22,196 nucleotides of DNA. Origin: a virus. The stretch is from positions 160,918 through 183,113 of the IMG/VR virus record IMGVR_UViG_3300026549_000035; one strand, 5' to 3'. The position numbers and the translations under genes are program-made. Shown here piece by piece: positions 1 to 8,741 of this stretch. The notes under the pieces are model-generated. The model did not search any database. It saw only the letters and a program-made list of their open reading frames with translations, and was not told where the DNA came from. Positions within the stretch are counted from its first letter, which is position 1. Every line of letters starts with the position of its first letter.

Positions 1-546
1 AGCATGACAAGAGCGCCAATTATGAACATTTTCACTGGCGCTAAGAAAATCCAAGGGATGAACAGAAAAACAAAGATATCCTGTTACAATATCTTCTTGA
101 ATAATTCGACTTGCTTCATTTTGAATTTCTTTTAAAATGTCAGGATTACTCTCAAAAAATTTAAAGGCTTTTACAACCTTAAAATTTTTAGGAACTTTAA
201 TATCAAAATAATTAAACTCTTCGCTAGTTTTATTGTGATAAAAATCTTCTGTTGGTAGATTATAAAGAAAATTACTTAAAGCTTCATTATTATAATGAAC
301 AAAAACCATTTCTGCAAAATGACTTAATTTTTCAATTTTTGATTTTTCATCAAGTTCAAAAGATACTAATTGATCAGATTGATAAATTAAATTTCCACCT
401 AAGCGTTCAATAAAATATTTTTTTGCTAAGAGCCAAGAGTCTATAATTTTATCTATTTGAATTGAATCTTCAGGCATATTTTGAGAGTATGCGATAACTT
501 TTTTTGTTTGATTTTTTATTTCATCAATATCAAGTTTATAATTCAT
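1..546 (-). CDS. ORFan, 5' part only; the gene runs off the window start. Paralog of the 3169..4866 product through a shared LCxSxHPLD(F/Y)xxAS...W(R/H)SC motif.
   Basis: ATG at 546..544 follows an AAGGAG-containing stretch that overlaps the stop of the upstream gene. The minus frame is open to position 1 and translates to MNYKLDIDEIKNQTKK...LCFSVHPLDFLSASENVHNWRSCHA. The 3169..4866 protein has the matching LCLSIHPLDYMTASWNENDWHSCMH. Confidence 0.55.
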   Translation of the reverse strand, partial: MNYKLDIDEIKNQTKKVIAYSQNMPEDSIQIDKIIDSWLLAKKYFIERLGGNLIYQSDQLVSFELDEKSKIEKLSHFAEMVFVHYNNEALSNFLYNLPTEDFYHNKTSEEFNYFDIKVPKNFKVVKAFKFFESNPDILKEIQNEASRIIQEDIVTGYLCFSVHPLDFLSASENVHNWRSCHA

Positions 547-562
547 TATAAATTAAGACTCC

Positions 563-1597
563 TTATTTATTTTCATTTTTTCTTGCTTTTGCGCAATCAG
601 AACAATAAATTTCGTTTGATCGTTCTATTTCAAAAGGCTCTCCGCAATTTTCGCACCAGTTTACATTAAAGGATACACAATCAACACAATAATATTTCTT
701 TTCTCCAGTTTTTGTTTTTACAAGAAAAACATCATCTTCGGTAAAACTTCTTCCGCATTTAGAGCATTTATAAGGACCTGTTGAATAAACTGGGTATTTA
801 TCATAATCATAAAGATAATCATCTTCATCAGGAGATCCCCAACCCCAATATTTAGACATTCTTGACCAATAGTGTTCATAAGAAGAAGGAATGTATTTAA
901 AAGAAGGAGATGTATTAATATCATCAATCATTTTTTTAACTTTATTAATTGTTGTATATAAAGCGTTTGTATATAAAGTTTCTATTTTTTGATGTTCATT
1001 AAAATATCCTACTGATAAATTAACTCCTGCAATTTTCCATTGAGGGCAAATATAACTAATATCAGAGAAAGAACCCCATTCAGTTAAAAATCCATACCCT
1101 TCGACAAAGTTTTGAAAATCTTCATTATCACATTCATAAAAAACACAATCAGATAAACCTTGTCGGTCTAATTCTACTATATATTTTATTTCAAAGGGGG
1201 CAGAAGGAATTGATTTTATTAATGCTCTTGCTCCTAATCCGCCCATTTCTTCATCTGTGGTAAAACAAATATGCGGACGATATCCACTTTGAATTATTTT
1301 CATAATAGCAAATACACCCGCCCTATCATCAGCTCCTAATCCTTGAGGAGACCATAATACACATTGTTTTTGATCATAAAAAATTTGTTGAGGAAAATGT
1401 GTAAACACAGTATCCATATGAGCAACAAGCATAATAGGAGCAGTTCCTTCACAAAGTAAATAATCTTTAGTTGAAATAATTTTATCTTGAGAATAATGTT
1501 TTTTTAAATAATTCTTTAAAGATTTTTGTAAAGAATTTTGCTTCATTTGTGCAATAGCAGTAAAAAGTTGATAATCAGCATTATTCATTTCGATCAT
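563..1597 (-). CDS. M42/M28-like zinc aminopeptidase-family protein with a C-terminal double zinc-ribbon tail
   Basis: 344-aa ORF ending in TAA. Motifs HMDTV, GADDRAGV and TDEEMGGLGA resemble the metal-binding motifs of M42/M20 peptidases. The C-terminus carries CSKCG, CVDC, CENCG and CSDC. The class I promoter lies immediately upstream. Confidence 0.6.
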   Translation of the reverse strand: MIEMNNADYQLFTAIAQMKQNSLQKSLKNYLKKHYSQDKIISTKDYLLCEGTAPIMLVAHMDTVFTHFPQQIFYDQKQCVLWSPQGLGADDRAGVFAIMKIIQSGYRPHICFTTDEEMGGLGARALIKSIPSAPFEIKYIVELDRQGLSDCVFYECDNEDFQNFVEGYGFLTEWGSFSDISYICPQWKIAGVNLSVGYFNEHQKIETLYTNALYTTINKVKKMIDDINTSPSFKYIPSSYEHYWSRMSKYWGWGSPDEDDYLYDYDKYPVYSTGPYKCSKCGRSFTEDDVFLVKTKTGEKKYYCVDCVSFNVNWCENCGEPFEIERSNEIYCSDCAKARKNENK

Positions 1598-1620
1598 AGC
1601 CTATACTTCCTTTTTTATTT

Positions 1621-1649
1621 TCTATATATATTATAATATATTTTTTATA
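1621..1649 (-). promoter_or_regulatory. Class I (early-type) promoter, copy 1: TTGATT-17-TATAAT inside a ~55-bp conserved AT box
   Basis: Minus strand reads TTGATT, then a 17-nt spacer, then TATAAT, about 25 nt before the RBS and ATG of 563..1597. The same box recurs 8 times in the window. Confidence 0.7.
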
Positions 1650-1777
1650 AAAAATCAAGTAAGGCTTTCTGCTGTATTTTCGTTTATTGTTTTTTGTTTT
1701 TCAGCATAAGACTATAATTGATTAATAAAATTAATTGTTGAATTACAAAAATTACAATTTGAAATGCCTTGACATTT

Positions 1778-2491
1778 CTATCCACAAGTCATTCGTCTAT
1801 GCGCAAAAAACTTTTTATCATCATTTTCATAAGGAATAACTTCAAATCCTCTATTATCTACATCTACTCCAAAATTAGTTAATAAAGTATTTAAATTACC
1901 TGGCCAATTTTTATCTTCAGCATAGATTCGATATAGAGCATATTCTTTTTTAATACTATCTTTTGAATCAAACTCGAAATGATCAATATAAGCACTATAA
2001 GTTTCAATGTCTTCTGGACGAATATATGTTCCACAAATTCCATTTTCACGAGGCATATATCCATTATAACATTTATTTACTACTGCGCGCAATTCAATAT
2101 CTGGACCACAGATATTTTTTACTTTTGATAAATCAAAGAAAATTGGAGCATCTAAAAGTATTTCATTAACGCCAAGCGCAATTAAACTTCGTAACTCCCA
2201 AAAAGTTGCAGCTGGATAAGACCAAAAAGCTTTATATCCTAAATCTTTGGCTGTTTCAATCATACGAGTATCTTCGACTGCAATAACAATATTTAAAATG
2301 TCTTTATATTTCTCTATTTGATCCCAATTAACAATTTGATCTTTTGGAAGATAAATAACTATCTCACCTTTGCAAGTCCAATCATCAGAAACAAAATCAG
2401 CCAATCTTTCAATATCATTATAATTTACTCGAATTTCTTCTGCTTTTTTTAAAACTGTTAAAGGCTATCTACTTGATAACATAAATTTCAA
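1778..2491 (-). CDS. hypothetical protein. The likely true start is TTG 2491..2489 with an AAAGGAGTG SD 7 nt upstream, and there is an in-frame TAG at 2467..2465. The track ORF 1778..2404 is the part after that TAG.
   Basis: The frame is open from TTG 2491 through the TAG to 1778. The track start TTG 2404 has no SD, whereas the 2491 start has a strong one. The terminal codon at 1780..1778 is also TAG and is followed by TAA 12 codons later. Confidence 0.5.
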
Positions 2492-2509
2492 AATAATCAC
2501 TCCTTTTTA

Positions 2510-2545
2510 TTATTATTATAACAAAAAAAAATAGTAAAAGCAACT
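2510..2545 (-). promoter_or_regulatory. Promoter for 1778..2491: TTGCTT-17-TATAAT
   Basis: Minus strand reads TTGCTT TTACTATTTTTTTTTGT TATAAT. A GC-rich perfect palindrome GCTCGCGCCGCGAGC (2576..2590) sits just upstream of the -35. Confidence 0.5.
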
Positions 2546-2605
2546 TTTATTTAAGTTTACGGTCTCTTGTGGTCGCTCGCGCCGCGAGCAGTTAAAAAGA
2601 TTATT

Positions 2606-2651
2606 ATAAAAAAGCCTCTGAAGAAAAACTTCAGAGGCTTTTATTTTTTTT
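2606..2651. terminator. Bidirectional rho-independent terminator
   Basis: GCCTCTGAAG, loop AAAAA, CTTCAGAGGC, with an A-run on one side and a T-run on the other. It sits directly after the stop of 2660..3058. Confidence 0.8.
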
Positions 2652-2659
2652 ACTAAGGA

Positions 2660-3058
2660 TTAACCAACAAGGCGGTAGCCGACTAAACGACGAGTCTTAT
2701 TATCTTCGCCCTTAATAGTAACTTCTCCCTTTTCAACACCAGAACCTTCAGTCTTATACAGAGCGTTCAATCTATAAGAAACTTTGGATAGGGTTACATC
2801 TTCGCCCTCAATTCGAGCCGCAATAGTAGCAATGCTCTCGAATTCATCAGTAAGAGCTTCCTTAACGGCTTCAGCAAGGGCATCTCCCTCAGCCTTCTTT
2901 GCAGCGGCAGCTTCCTTTGCTTTAGCAGCCTTACGGTCAAGCTGACCAATTTTCTTTTCAGCCCATTCCGCAATTACATCAGGATCAAGATCCTCAAGAG
3001 TTCCCTCTGCAATAGCGGCGTAAATCTTGCGGTCAGTAAGTTTTTCAGTGTTAGTCAT
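2660..3058 (-). CDS. Ala/Glu/Lys-rich acidic protein. It is compositionally GC-richer than its surroundings and is a paralog of 15697..16131.
   Basis: The ORF ends in TAA. ATG 3058 has an AAGGAG SD 10 nt upstream, and the track start TTG 3067 is too close to the SD. It shares the segment KAAKAKEAAAAKKAEGDALAEAVKEAL with KAAEAAKKAEAEAKAK of 15697..16131. It has its own class I promoter and strong terminator. Confidence 0.65.
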   Translation of the reverse strand: MTNTEKLTDRKIYAAIAEGTLEDLDPDVIAEWAEKKIGQLDRKAAKAKEAAAAKKAEGDALAEAVKEALTDEFESIATIAARIEGEDVTLSKVSYRLNALYKTEGSGVEKGEVTIKGEDNKTRRLVGYRLVG

Positions 3059-3129
3059 AATTTTCAATCTCCTTGATTAAAATATTTTTTATTATTTTTA
3101 TAAGATTTCTTTCTTTATCTTACATATAT

Positions 3130-3158
3130 ATTATATATTATTTTTTTTTAAAAATCAA
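3130..3158 (-). promoter_or_regulatory. Class I promoter, copy 2
   Basis: aatcaa at 3153..3158 and attata at 3130..3135 on the plus strand, which read TTGATT-17-TATAAT on the minus strand. Confidence 0.65.
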
Positions 3159-3168
3159 TAAAGATTTT

Positions 3169-4866
3169 TTATGAAAAATCATCTAAGTTTATTGTTCTAA
3201 GTGTTTTTTGAAAATTCTGGATAAATGATTCTTTAATTTTAAGAGGTTTGAAATCCTTAATTCGATGGAAAGGAACGATATATTCACTACACCACCAACT
3301 ATAATACGTATCGTGATAATAAGAAAGAATTTCATCTACACCCTTTTTAAAAACCTTAGAAGCACAGTTTTCACAAATTGTCTTAACAACAGGATTATCT
3401 GCTTCATTTTTTATGATTGGAGTTTGAGTAGAAATAACTTCGCCTTCATCATTCTTCTTATAAAGAGTTTCTCCAATAACAAATTTTATCGCTTCGACAT
3501 CACCCTCATCATCGCAATGGTTTAAGTCAATAATCCTACCACAGATATCACATTCGGGTAAATTTTCATAACAATATGAACAATATTCTCTATTATTAAA
3601 TATTACAAGTTCATTACTATTTGCGATAACGTCACTACAACTACAGCAAACATGATGCTCTACGCAATTAAAGCAAGCTAAATCTGAAGACTCCTCAAAA
3701 TCTTCTTCACCACCGCATATAACGCATTCGCTTACTCCAGAATAATCAAAAATAACATCTTCATCACAATTTTCAACGAGAATTGCTGAATATCTATTTC
3801 CACTATAAAAATCATTATACATAGCAGGACCGCAAGACATATTGATATTTAAATAAGAATTTACAGTTTCATCTTCAATGGTTTCTCCAACTCTCCATCT
3901 AGAAATTTTAGAAGAAAATTTTGTTTGATCAGTAGTAAATAACTCTGCGAGCCATTTTAAAGCTAAATCTTCGAGTTCAGAATTCCAGTAGGGGTATCCC
4001 TTGATACCAAAAACTCCATAATCATTTACAATCATGAACTCTCGCCACTTTTTAGAATTCCATCTTTCCCTAGGATGCTCAGGATCAACATAAAATTCCA
4101 TATGATTAGAATTTGATTCAAGATAAGCAACTATAACATAAGGAGAATTCATCATTTCAACTACTCCTCTACGATACTCGCCATCTATCCAATGCATACA
4201 TGAGTGCCAGTCATTTTCATTCCAACTTGCGGTCATATAATCAAGAGGGTGAATACTTAAACATAAATTTGCAGATAAAAAAGACTCGTTCATAATTTGA
4301 GATTGTTTAATACGAAAATCTTCAAACTGCTGTTCCAGACCTGCCGCTCTAGCAAGACGACCCATAGCTTTCATAATTTTACAGCCATGAACAAGCTTAA
4401 ATACTTTATTATCAGGCAGATTTAATGCTAAAGTTTCTCCCTGATATCTATTGGAAATTAATGGATCAATATCAAACATATAAAATCTTAACTCTGATTC
4501 AATAGAAGTCCATTCCCAACTATATTCTGAGGAGCTAGGCTGCCACTTAGCATAAATATCATTATTTTTTGCAAGCATATCAAGAATTCTCTCTCTTAAA
4601 TAGAGAATGGGGCTATAAGAAATGAATTTTTTCATTTTCTCATGGAGCTCTTCTTCGCTTACCTTAATTTCTACCTTCTTTTTAAGGATAAGTTGATTAC
4701 CGAAAACTTTAGACATTTTTAAAGCTTTAGCTTTTTCCCAATAAGTTAAAAAGGAATCACAACTTACGAAATCTTCATGCACAAAATCTCCTAAATCATC
4801 AGTGCCGTATTTACGAACGGCATTAATTAATGATTTTTCTTCGCTACTAAGTTGCTCAATAAACAT
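3169..4866 (-). CDS. large ORFan with an HPLDY...SC motif domain and a C-terminal multi-CxxC zinc-ribbon region
   Basis: 565 aa ending in TAA, with an AAGGAG SD upstream of ATG 4866. The tail has CVICGG, CFNC, CCSC, CSYC, CDICG and CENC. It is a paralog of the partial gene at 1..546. Confidence 0.7.
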   Translation of the reverse strand: MFIEQLSSEEKSLINAVRKYGTDDLGDFVHEDFVSCDSFLTYWEKAKALKMSKVFGNQLILKKKVEIKVSEEELHEKMKKFISYSPILYLRERILDMLAKNNDIYAKWQPSSSEYSWEWTSIESELRFYMFDIDPLISNRYQGETLALNLPDNKVFKLVHGCKIMKAMGRLARAAGLEQQFEDFRIKQSQIMNESFLSANLCLSIHPLDYMTASWNENDWHSCMHWIDGEYRRGVVEMMNSPYVIVAYLESNSNHMEFYVDPEHPRERWNSKKWREFMIVNDYGVFGIKGYPYWNSELEDLALKWLAELFTTDQTKFSSKISRWRVGETIEDETVNSYLNINMSCGPAMYNDFYSGNRYSAILVENCDEDVIFDYSGVSECVICGGEEDFEESSDLACFNCVEHHVCCSCSDVIANSNELVIFNNREYCSYCYENLPECDICGRIIDLNHCDDEGDVEAIKFVIGETLYKKNDEGEVISTQTPIIKNEADNPVVKTICENCASKVFKKGVDEILSYYHDTYYSWWCSEYIVPFHRIKDFKPLKIKESFIQNFQKTLRTINLDDFS

Positions 4867-4901
4867 ATAGTAATCTTTCTCCTTTTTTATTTTCTATATA
4901 T

Positions 4902-4930
4902 ATTATATAATATTTTTTTATAAAAATCAA
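4902..4930 (-). promoter_or_regulatory. Class I promoter, copy 3
   Basis: Minus strand reads TTGATT (4930..4925), a 17-nt spacer, then TATAAT (4907..4902). The box sequence is conserved. Confidence 0.7.
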
Positions 4931-4962
4931 TTAAGCCTCTTAGAAGCTATAAAATAAAACTT

Positions 4963-5505
4963 TTAGTTAATCATGAATAAGTATAAAAACATTTGACAAC
5001 GACCAGAAGTTTTATTGTTAAATACTATATCTGTCGCTTGTTCTTCTGTTATCCACATAGGGTATATATCTTCATCTTTAGTTGTATTTTTATTAGTTAT
5101 CTCACCTGCAGCAGTGCAAACGACTGTTGCAACAGCTTCATTAGACATTCCCGCAGACTGATAAGCAGGAGGTAAAATATCTAAAATATCTTGTATTTCT
5201 AATCCTGTCTCTTCAAACAGTTCTCTTTTTGCAGTAGTTATAATATCTTCGTTATGTTCACGTAATCCCGCAGGAAAAGCGTAAATATAATCATTAACAG
5301 GAACTCGCCACTCTTTAATAACAAGAACTTTCTTAAAATCAGGAGATAAGGCAATAATGTCTACAGCATCAGCTCCTACCTTATTTATATCTTTAAGTTT
5401 TTGACGAGAAGCTACTTCATAATTACGTCCACTTTCTAATTTAAAATTATAAAAATGTAAAAATTTTCCATCATAAACAGGAACAATTTCTTTTATTTTA
5501 TCCAT
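4963..5505 (-). CDS. Nudix hydrolase (ADP-ribose/NDP-sugar pyrophosphatase-like)
   Basis: The Nudix box GLREHNEDIITTAKRELFEETGL matches Gx5Ex7REUxEExGU. The ORF is 180 aa ending in TAA, with an AAGAGGT SD 8 nt before ATG 5505. Confidence 0.8.
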   Translation of the reverse strand: MDKIKEIVPVYDGKFLHFYNFKLESGRNYEVASRQKLKDINKVGADAVDIIALSPDFKKVLVIKEWRVPVNDYIYAFPAGLREHNEDIITTAKRELFEETGLEIQDILDILPPAYQSAGMSNEAVATVVCTAAGEITNKNTTKDEDIYPMWITEEQATDIVFNNKTSGRCQMFLYLFMIN

Positions 5506-5537
5506 TCTTTTTTACCTCTTTATCATTTTCTATATAT

Positions 5538-5566
5538 ATTATATCATAATTTTTTATAAAAATAAA
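5538..5566 (-). promoter_or_regulatory. Class I promoter variant, copy 4: TTTATT-17-TGATATAAT with an extended -10
   Basis: It shares the ttttctatatatattatatcataattttttataaaaat box. The -35 is degenerate but a TGn extended -10 is present. Confidence 0.5.
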
Positions 5567-5596
5567 AGGGAGAACTTTTTGTTCTCCCTTTTTATA
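5562..5596. terminator. Bidirectional rho-independent terminator
   Basis: AAAAGGGAGAAC, loop TTTTT, GTTCTCCCTTTTT. It lies directly downstream of the stop of 5611..6879. Confidence 0.8.
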
Positions 5597-5610
5597 TATT
5601 TATTAAAAAT

Positions 5611-6879
5611 TTAAGTAGTTACGGGGGTATCGGAAATCTTGTCGGTATTTAAATTTTTCCCAAAAAGTGGGGTCGCTGTCGTAGAATTCATCATTAAAAG
5701 AAAAGGGAGCATATCATTTGCCTTATCTCCCTTTTGGCTCAAAAGGAAATACATCATCATAGGATTAGAAGCAAAGTTATTATTGCCTCCCATAGAATTA
5801 AACAAAAGCAGAGTCATTGGATCAAAATCCTTATTATCATCTGCCAGCATCAAGAAAGGCAACATATTGCCGAAAGGATTATCAGGGTCAGCGGTCAAAC
5901 TACTAAAATCGACCAAGGCGCAAACCTTAGTGAAGAAGTTAAAACCAAAAGGACTCTTAACAGGCAGAATATCTACAACAGTAGAGTTTGCATAATTCAA
6001 AACAGAAATAGTTCCGTTAGAATTAATAGAACGGACAAAAACAGGCTGATTACCATGGATAAGAATATCACCAATAGCAATAGCATTTAATGCTACTGGC
6101 ATCTTATAAATGAGTTTAGAAATATCGAAGTTGATAATATCAACATTAAAAACTTCACCAGTCTTAGAGTTATATGATACCCAGCCATTAGCGTTAGTAG
6201 CAACTGCGATACCATAAGGACTCATACGGAACTGCTTATCAGAAACAGGACCAAAATCGAATTTAATCAAATCGTTAGTATTCATATCATCTTTCTCCTT
6301 ATCATTATTAGTTTTAGTTATATATCCATCAGTATCTAATTGATTAAGAATGTTGTTATACAATGTAGTAGTATTAGAATTATACCATTCTTGGATATAA
6401 TTATTTATTGAATTATCTATTGAAGTTGTTGCATAATTGCTTGAAGAAATAGGAGCGGTTCGATAAGTTATTGTGTCTTTAGCTGAATCTAAATTGCTAA
6501 TAAAATATCCACCTTGACTTACTTCAACTGTATTTGTTTCAAGATCAAAAGGAAGATAATCTTTCCAATAATTTATTAAAAAAGCTGCTAAAGAATTACT
6601 AGATGTTATACCGCATTTCCTTGAACAAGTATAAGAATATAAAGTTTCTCCAAGTGCTTTTTTCCAAGTATCATATTCTTTTATTTGAAGTTTTTCTAGA
6701 TTGTATTCCGGAAAAGAGTGGATAACAACAAAATTAGCTGATTCAGAAACTTTTAATTTTCTCCATTCTCCATAGCCAATGCGCGTATATCCTAAAGTTT
6801 CAGTAGCTTCTTGAAAATCTTTTAAAAGTTGTTTTGAACTAACAAGAATGGCTTCTTTATCTCTTTTTATAATTGCCAC
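5611..6879 (-). CDS. hypothetical protein, 422 aa, possibly structural
   Basis: Long ORF ending in TAA. It contains the internal repeat MLPFLMLADD / MLPFLLMMNS. No domain recognised. Confidence 0.65.
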   Translation of the reverse strand: MAIIKRDKEAILVSSKQLLKDFQEATETLGYTRIGYGEWRKLKVSESANFVVIHSFPEYNLEKLQIKEYDTWKKALGETLYSYTCSRKCGITSSNSLAAFLINYWKDYLPFDLETNTVEVSQGGYFISNLDSAKDTITYRTAPISSSNYATTSIDNSINNYIQEWYNSNTTTLYNNILNQLDTDGYITKTNNDKEKDDMNTNDLIKFDFGPVSDKQFRMSPYGIAVATNANGWVSYNSKTGEVFNVDIINFDISKLIYKMPVALNAIAIGDILIHGNQPVFVRSINSNGTISVLNYANSTVVDILPVKSPFGFNFFTKVCALVDFSSLTADPDNPFGNMLPFLMLADDNKDFDPMTLLLFNSMGGNNNFASNPMMMYFLLSQKGDKANDMLPFLLMMNSTTATPLFGKNLNTDKISDTPVTT

Positions 6880-6924
6880 TTATTTTCTCCTTTCTTTATT
6901 TTCTATATATATTATATCATAATT

Positions 6925-6962
6925 TTTTATAAAAATAAAGGAGAGAATTTTAAACTCTCCTT
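6925..6962 (-). terminator. Rho-independent terminator for 6961..7695
   Basis: GGAGAG, loop AATTTTAAA, CTCTCC. A T-rich tail follows on the minus strand. Confidence 0.6.
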
Positions 6963-7695
6963 ATTTCTTCTCTAAACAGCGCGTTAAAATAGTTTGTTTA
7001 ATACCTTTATATGTTTTATGATCTTTTACAGTTCCAGAAATGTGATGTTCAGTTCCTTCTTCCCAACTTTTTGCCGCAGTAGTCCAAACATAACAATTTC
7101 CATCATAATCTCTCATAATATGCATAGTATTGGGACCAAAATATCCATCAAGAGAAATAGCACTTTCTATCGTAAGAATAAGATCTAATCTATCTCCAAT
7201 CTTACCCTGATATTCACTGATATCAGGTTCATAGATTAATGATTCGACCGCCGCAAGAACAGAATCTTCATTTTTAAGAGTTCCATCTTCATTACCAACT
7301 AAGTTCCAAGGTAATCTAACTGGTTCTACATCTTCTGGAAGATCGTCGGGAATTACATCAGTAGAAATAAAATACCAACCCCACATTCGAGTATATCTGG
7401 CTTTAGATTCTTTAAAATATTCTTTATCTTCATAGGTGTTACCTTTGAAGATGGTGATGAATCCTTCATCACCGAAGCCCAAAACTTCCCTTTGCTGTTT
7501 AAGACGGATTATTTTATCCTCGGTCTCAATCTTTTCACCGGGATACATCTTTAAATATTCTTTTTCAGTATAAAAACGAACTTGTTTTAAAGTGCCACTT
7601 TTAGTGCGCACTTGAACATATTGTCTTCCGTTCTTAATATAAGGTTCTCCTACTTGTTCTAAATTTTGATATGATTTTGCTACCACAAATGGCAC
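6961..7695 (-). CDS. hypothetical protein, 244 aa
   Basis: ORF ending in TAA, tightly linked to 7711..8274 with a 15-nt gap. No domain recognised. Confidence 0.6.
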   Translation of the reverse strand: MPFVVAKSYQNLEQVGEPYIKNGRQYVQVRTKSGTLKQVRFYTEKEYLKMYPGEKIETEDKIIRLKQQREVLGFGDEGFITIFKGNTYEDKEYFKESKARYTRMWGWYFISTDVIPDDLPEDVEPVRLPWNLVGNEDGTLKNEDSVLAAVESLIYEPDISEYQGKIGDRLDLILTIESAISLDGYFGPNTMHIMRDYDGNCYVWTTAAKSWEEGTEHHISGTVKDHKTYKGIKQTILTRCLEKK

Positions 7696-7710
7696 TCCTT
7701 TCTTTATTGT

Positions 7711-8274
7711 TTAAAAAACTTTCCAAATATCAATGCAGTTTACATTCATTACTTCAATAGCTGCTTGATGATTTTCAGGCGATGTGCCAGCGCAAAGATT
7801 ATCATACACGATGATACGAGTATTAGGGCAAGCCGCACGCAAAATTAGCGCATTAGAAATGACGCAAATATCGGTACAAAGACCTACTATAATAATCTTA
7901 TTTACTTCGTCCCTTTTAACACTCTCAATTAAATATTTTGCAAGGTCAAAGCTACCAAAGGTTTTTTTAGTCCACCAAATTACTACGGTTCCTTGTCGCA
8001 ATTTTTCTACAAGAGCTCTTTCTATAGAACTCTCAATTTCAAAACCTTCTGTAGCAGGAACGCAATGAATAGGAATATTCTTTCCTTCGATACTTTTATG
8101 ATAATCCTCTTCAAAGTGTTGATCTTGAGTAGCAAAAATATAGTCACCTTCAAAGTTTTTAATATATTCACATACCAAAGGAACTATCGCTTCTGCTTCT
8201 GGCGAACCCAAAACGCCATCAATAAAATCATTTTGCATATCTACAACTACTAACGCTGTTTTATTTTTTTCCAT
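7711..8274 (-). CDS. nicotinamidase/pyrazinamidase (PncA-like), isochorismatase-family cysteine hydrolase
   Basis: ALVVVDMQNDF (the DxQxDF motif), IPIHCV (the PncA WPxHCV-like metal site), the catalytic-Cys context IIIVGLCTDICV, and a conserved K (KKTFGSFD). The ORF ends in TAA. Confidence 0.7.
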   Translation of the reverse strand: MEKNKTALVVVDMQNDFIDGVLGSPEAEAIVPLVCEYIKNFEGDYIFATQDQHFEEDYHKSIEGKNIPIHCVPATEGFEIESSIERALVEKLRQGTVVIWWTKKTFGSFDLAKYLIESVKRDEVNKIIIVGLCTDICVISNALILRAACPNTRIIVYDNLCAGTSPENHQAAIEVMNVNCIDIWKVF

Positions 8275-8302
8275 ATTTATCGCCTTTGCTCCTTTTTTTA
8301 TT

Positions 8303-8587
8303 TTAATTAATTACTTTTTTTTCAGAAAAAATAAGTCCAGATGGAAAAAACAAATCACTTAATTCATTTATAGTTAAATTTGAAATAGTATCTTTCCAAC
8401 AGTCACCATAAAAGCTTTTTAAAGTAGTCCATTCGCAATCATTTGTTTCTTCTTTAATGACGAGGATATCCATATTTGCAGACAAAACATCAAGTTCTAT
8501 TAAATAGGAAATAAGTGCTTTTATATCTGAAGCTACAAGGAGATCGCTCATATCTCCATCTTCATGATTAATACAATATACTTTCAT
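8303..8587 (-). CDS. hypothetical protein, 94 aa
   Basis: ORF ending in TAA, first gene after class I promoter copy 5. Confidence 0.55.
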   Translation of the reverse strand: MKVYCINHEDGDMSDLLVASDIKALISYLIELDVLSANMDILVIKEETNDCEWTTLKSFYGDCWKDTISNLTINELSDLFFPSGLIFSEKKVIN

Positions 8588-8622
8588 TCTTTAAAAACCT
8601 CTTTTTATTTTTTTCTATATAT

Positions 8623-8651
8623 ATTATAATATATATTTTTATAAAAATCAA
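8623..8651 (-). promoter_or_regulatory. Class I promoter, copy 5
   Basis: Minus strand reads TTGATT (8651..8646), a 17-nt spacer, then TATAAT (8628..8623). Confidence 0.7.
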
Positions 8652-8678
8652 TTGAAGATTATAATTCTTCCTTTAAGA

Positions 8679-8707
8679 TTGCATATTATAAAAATAATTG
8701 CTATAAT
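8679..8707 (+). promoter_or_regulatory. Plus-strand promoter for the FNT-like gene: TTGCAT-17-TATAAT, divergent from class I copy 5
   Basis: gattgcatattataaaaataattgctataata, followed by an AAGGAGGTG SD. Confidence 0.55.
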
Positions 8708-8741
8708 AATATTAGAAGATTTTTTAAGGAGGTGAAACTTA

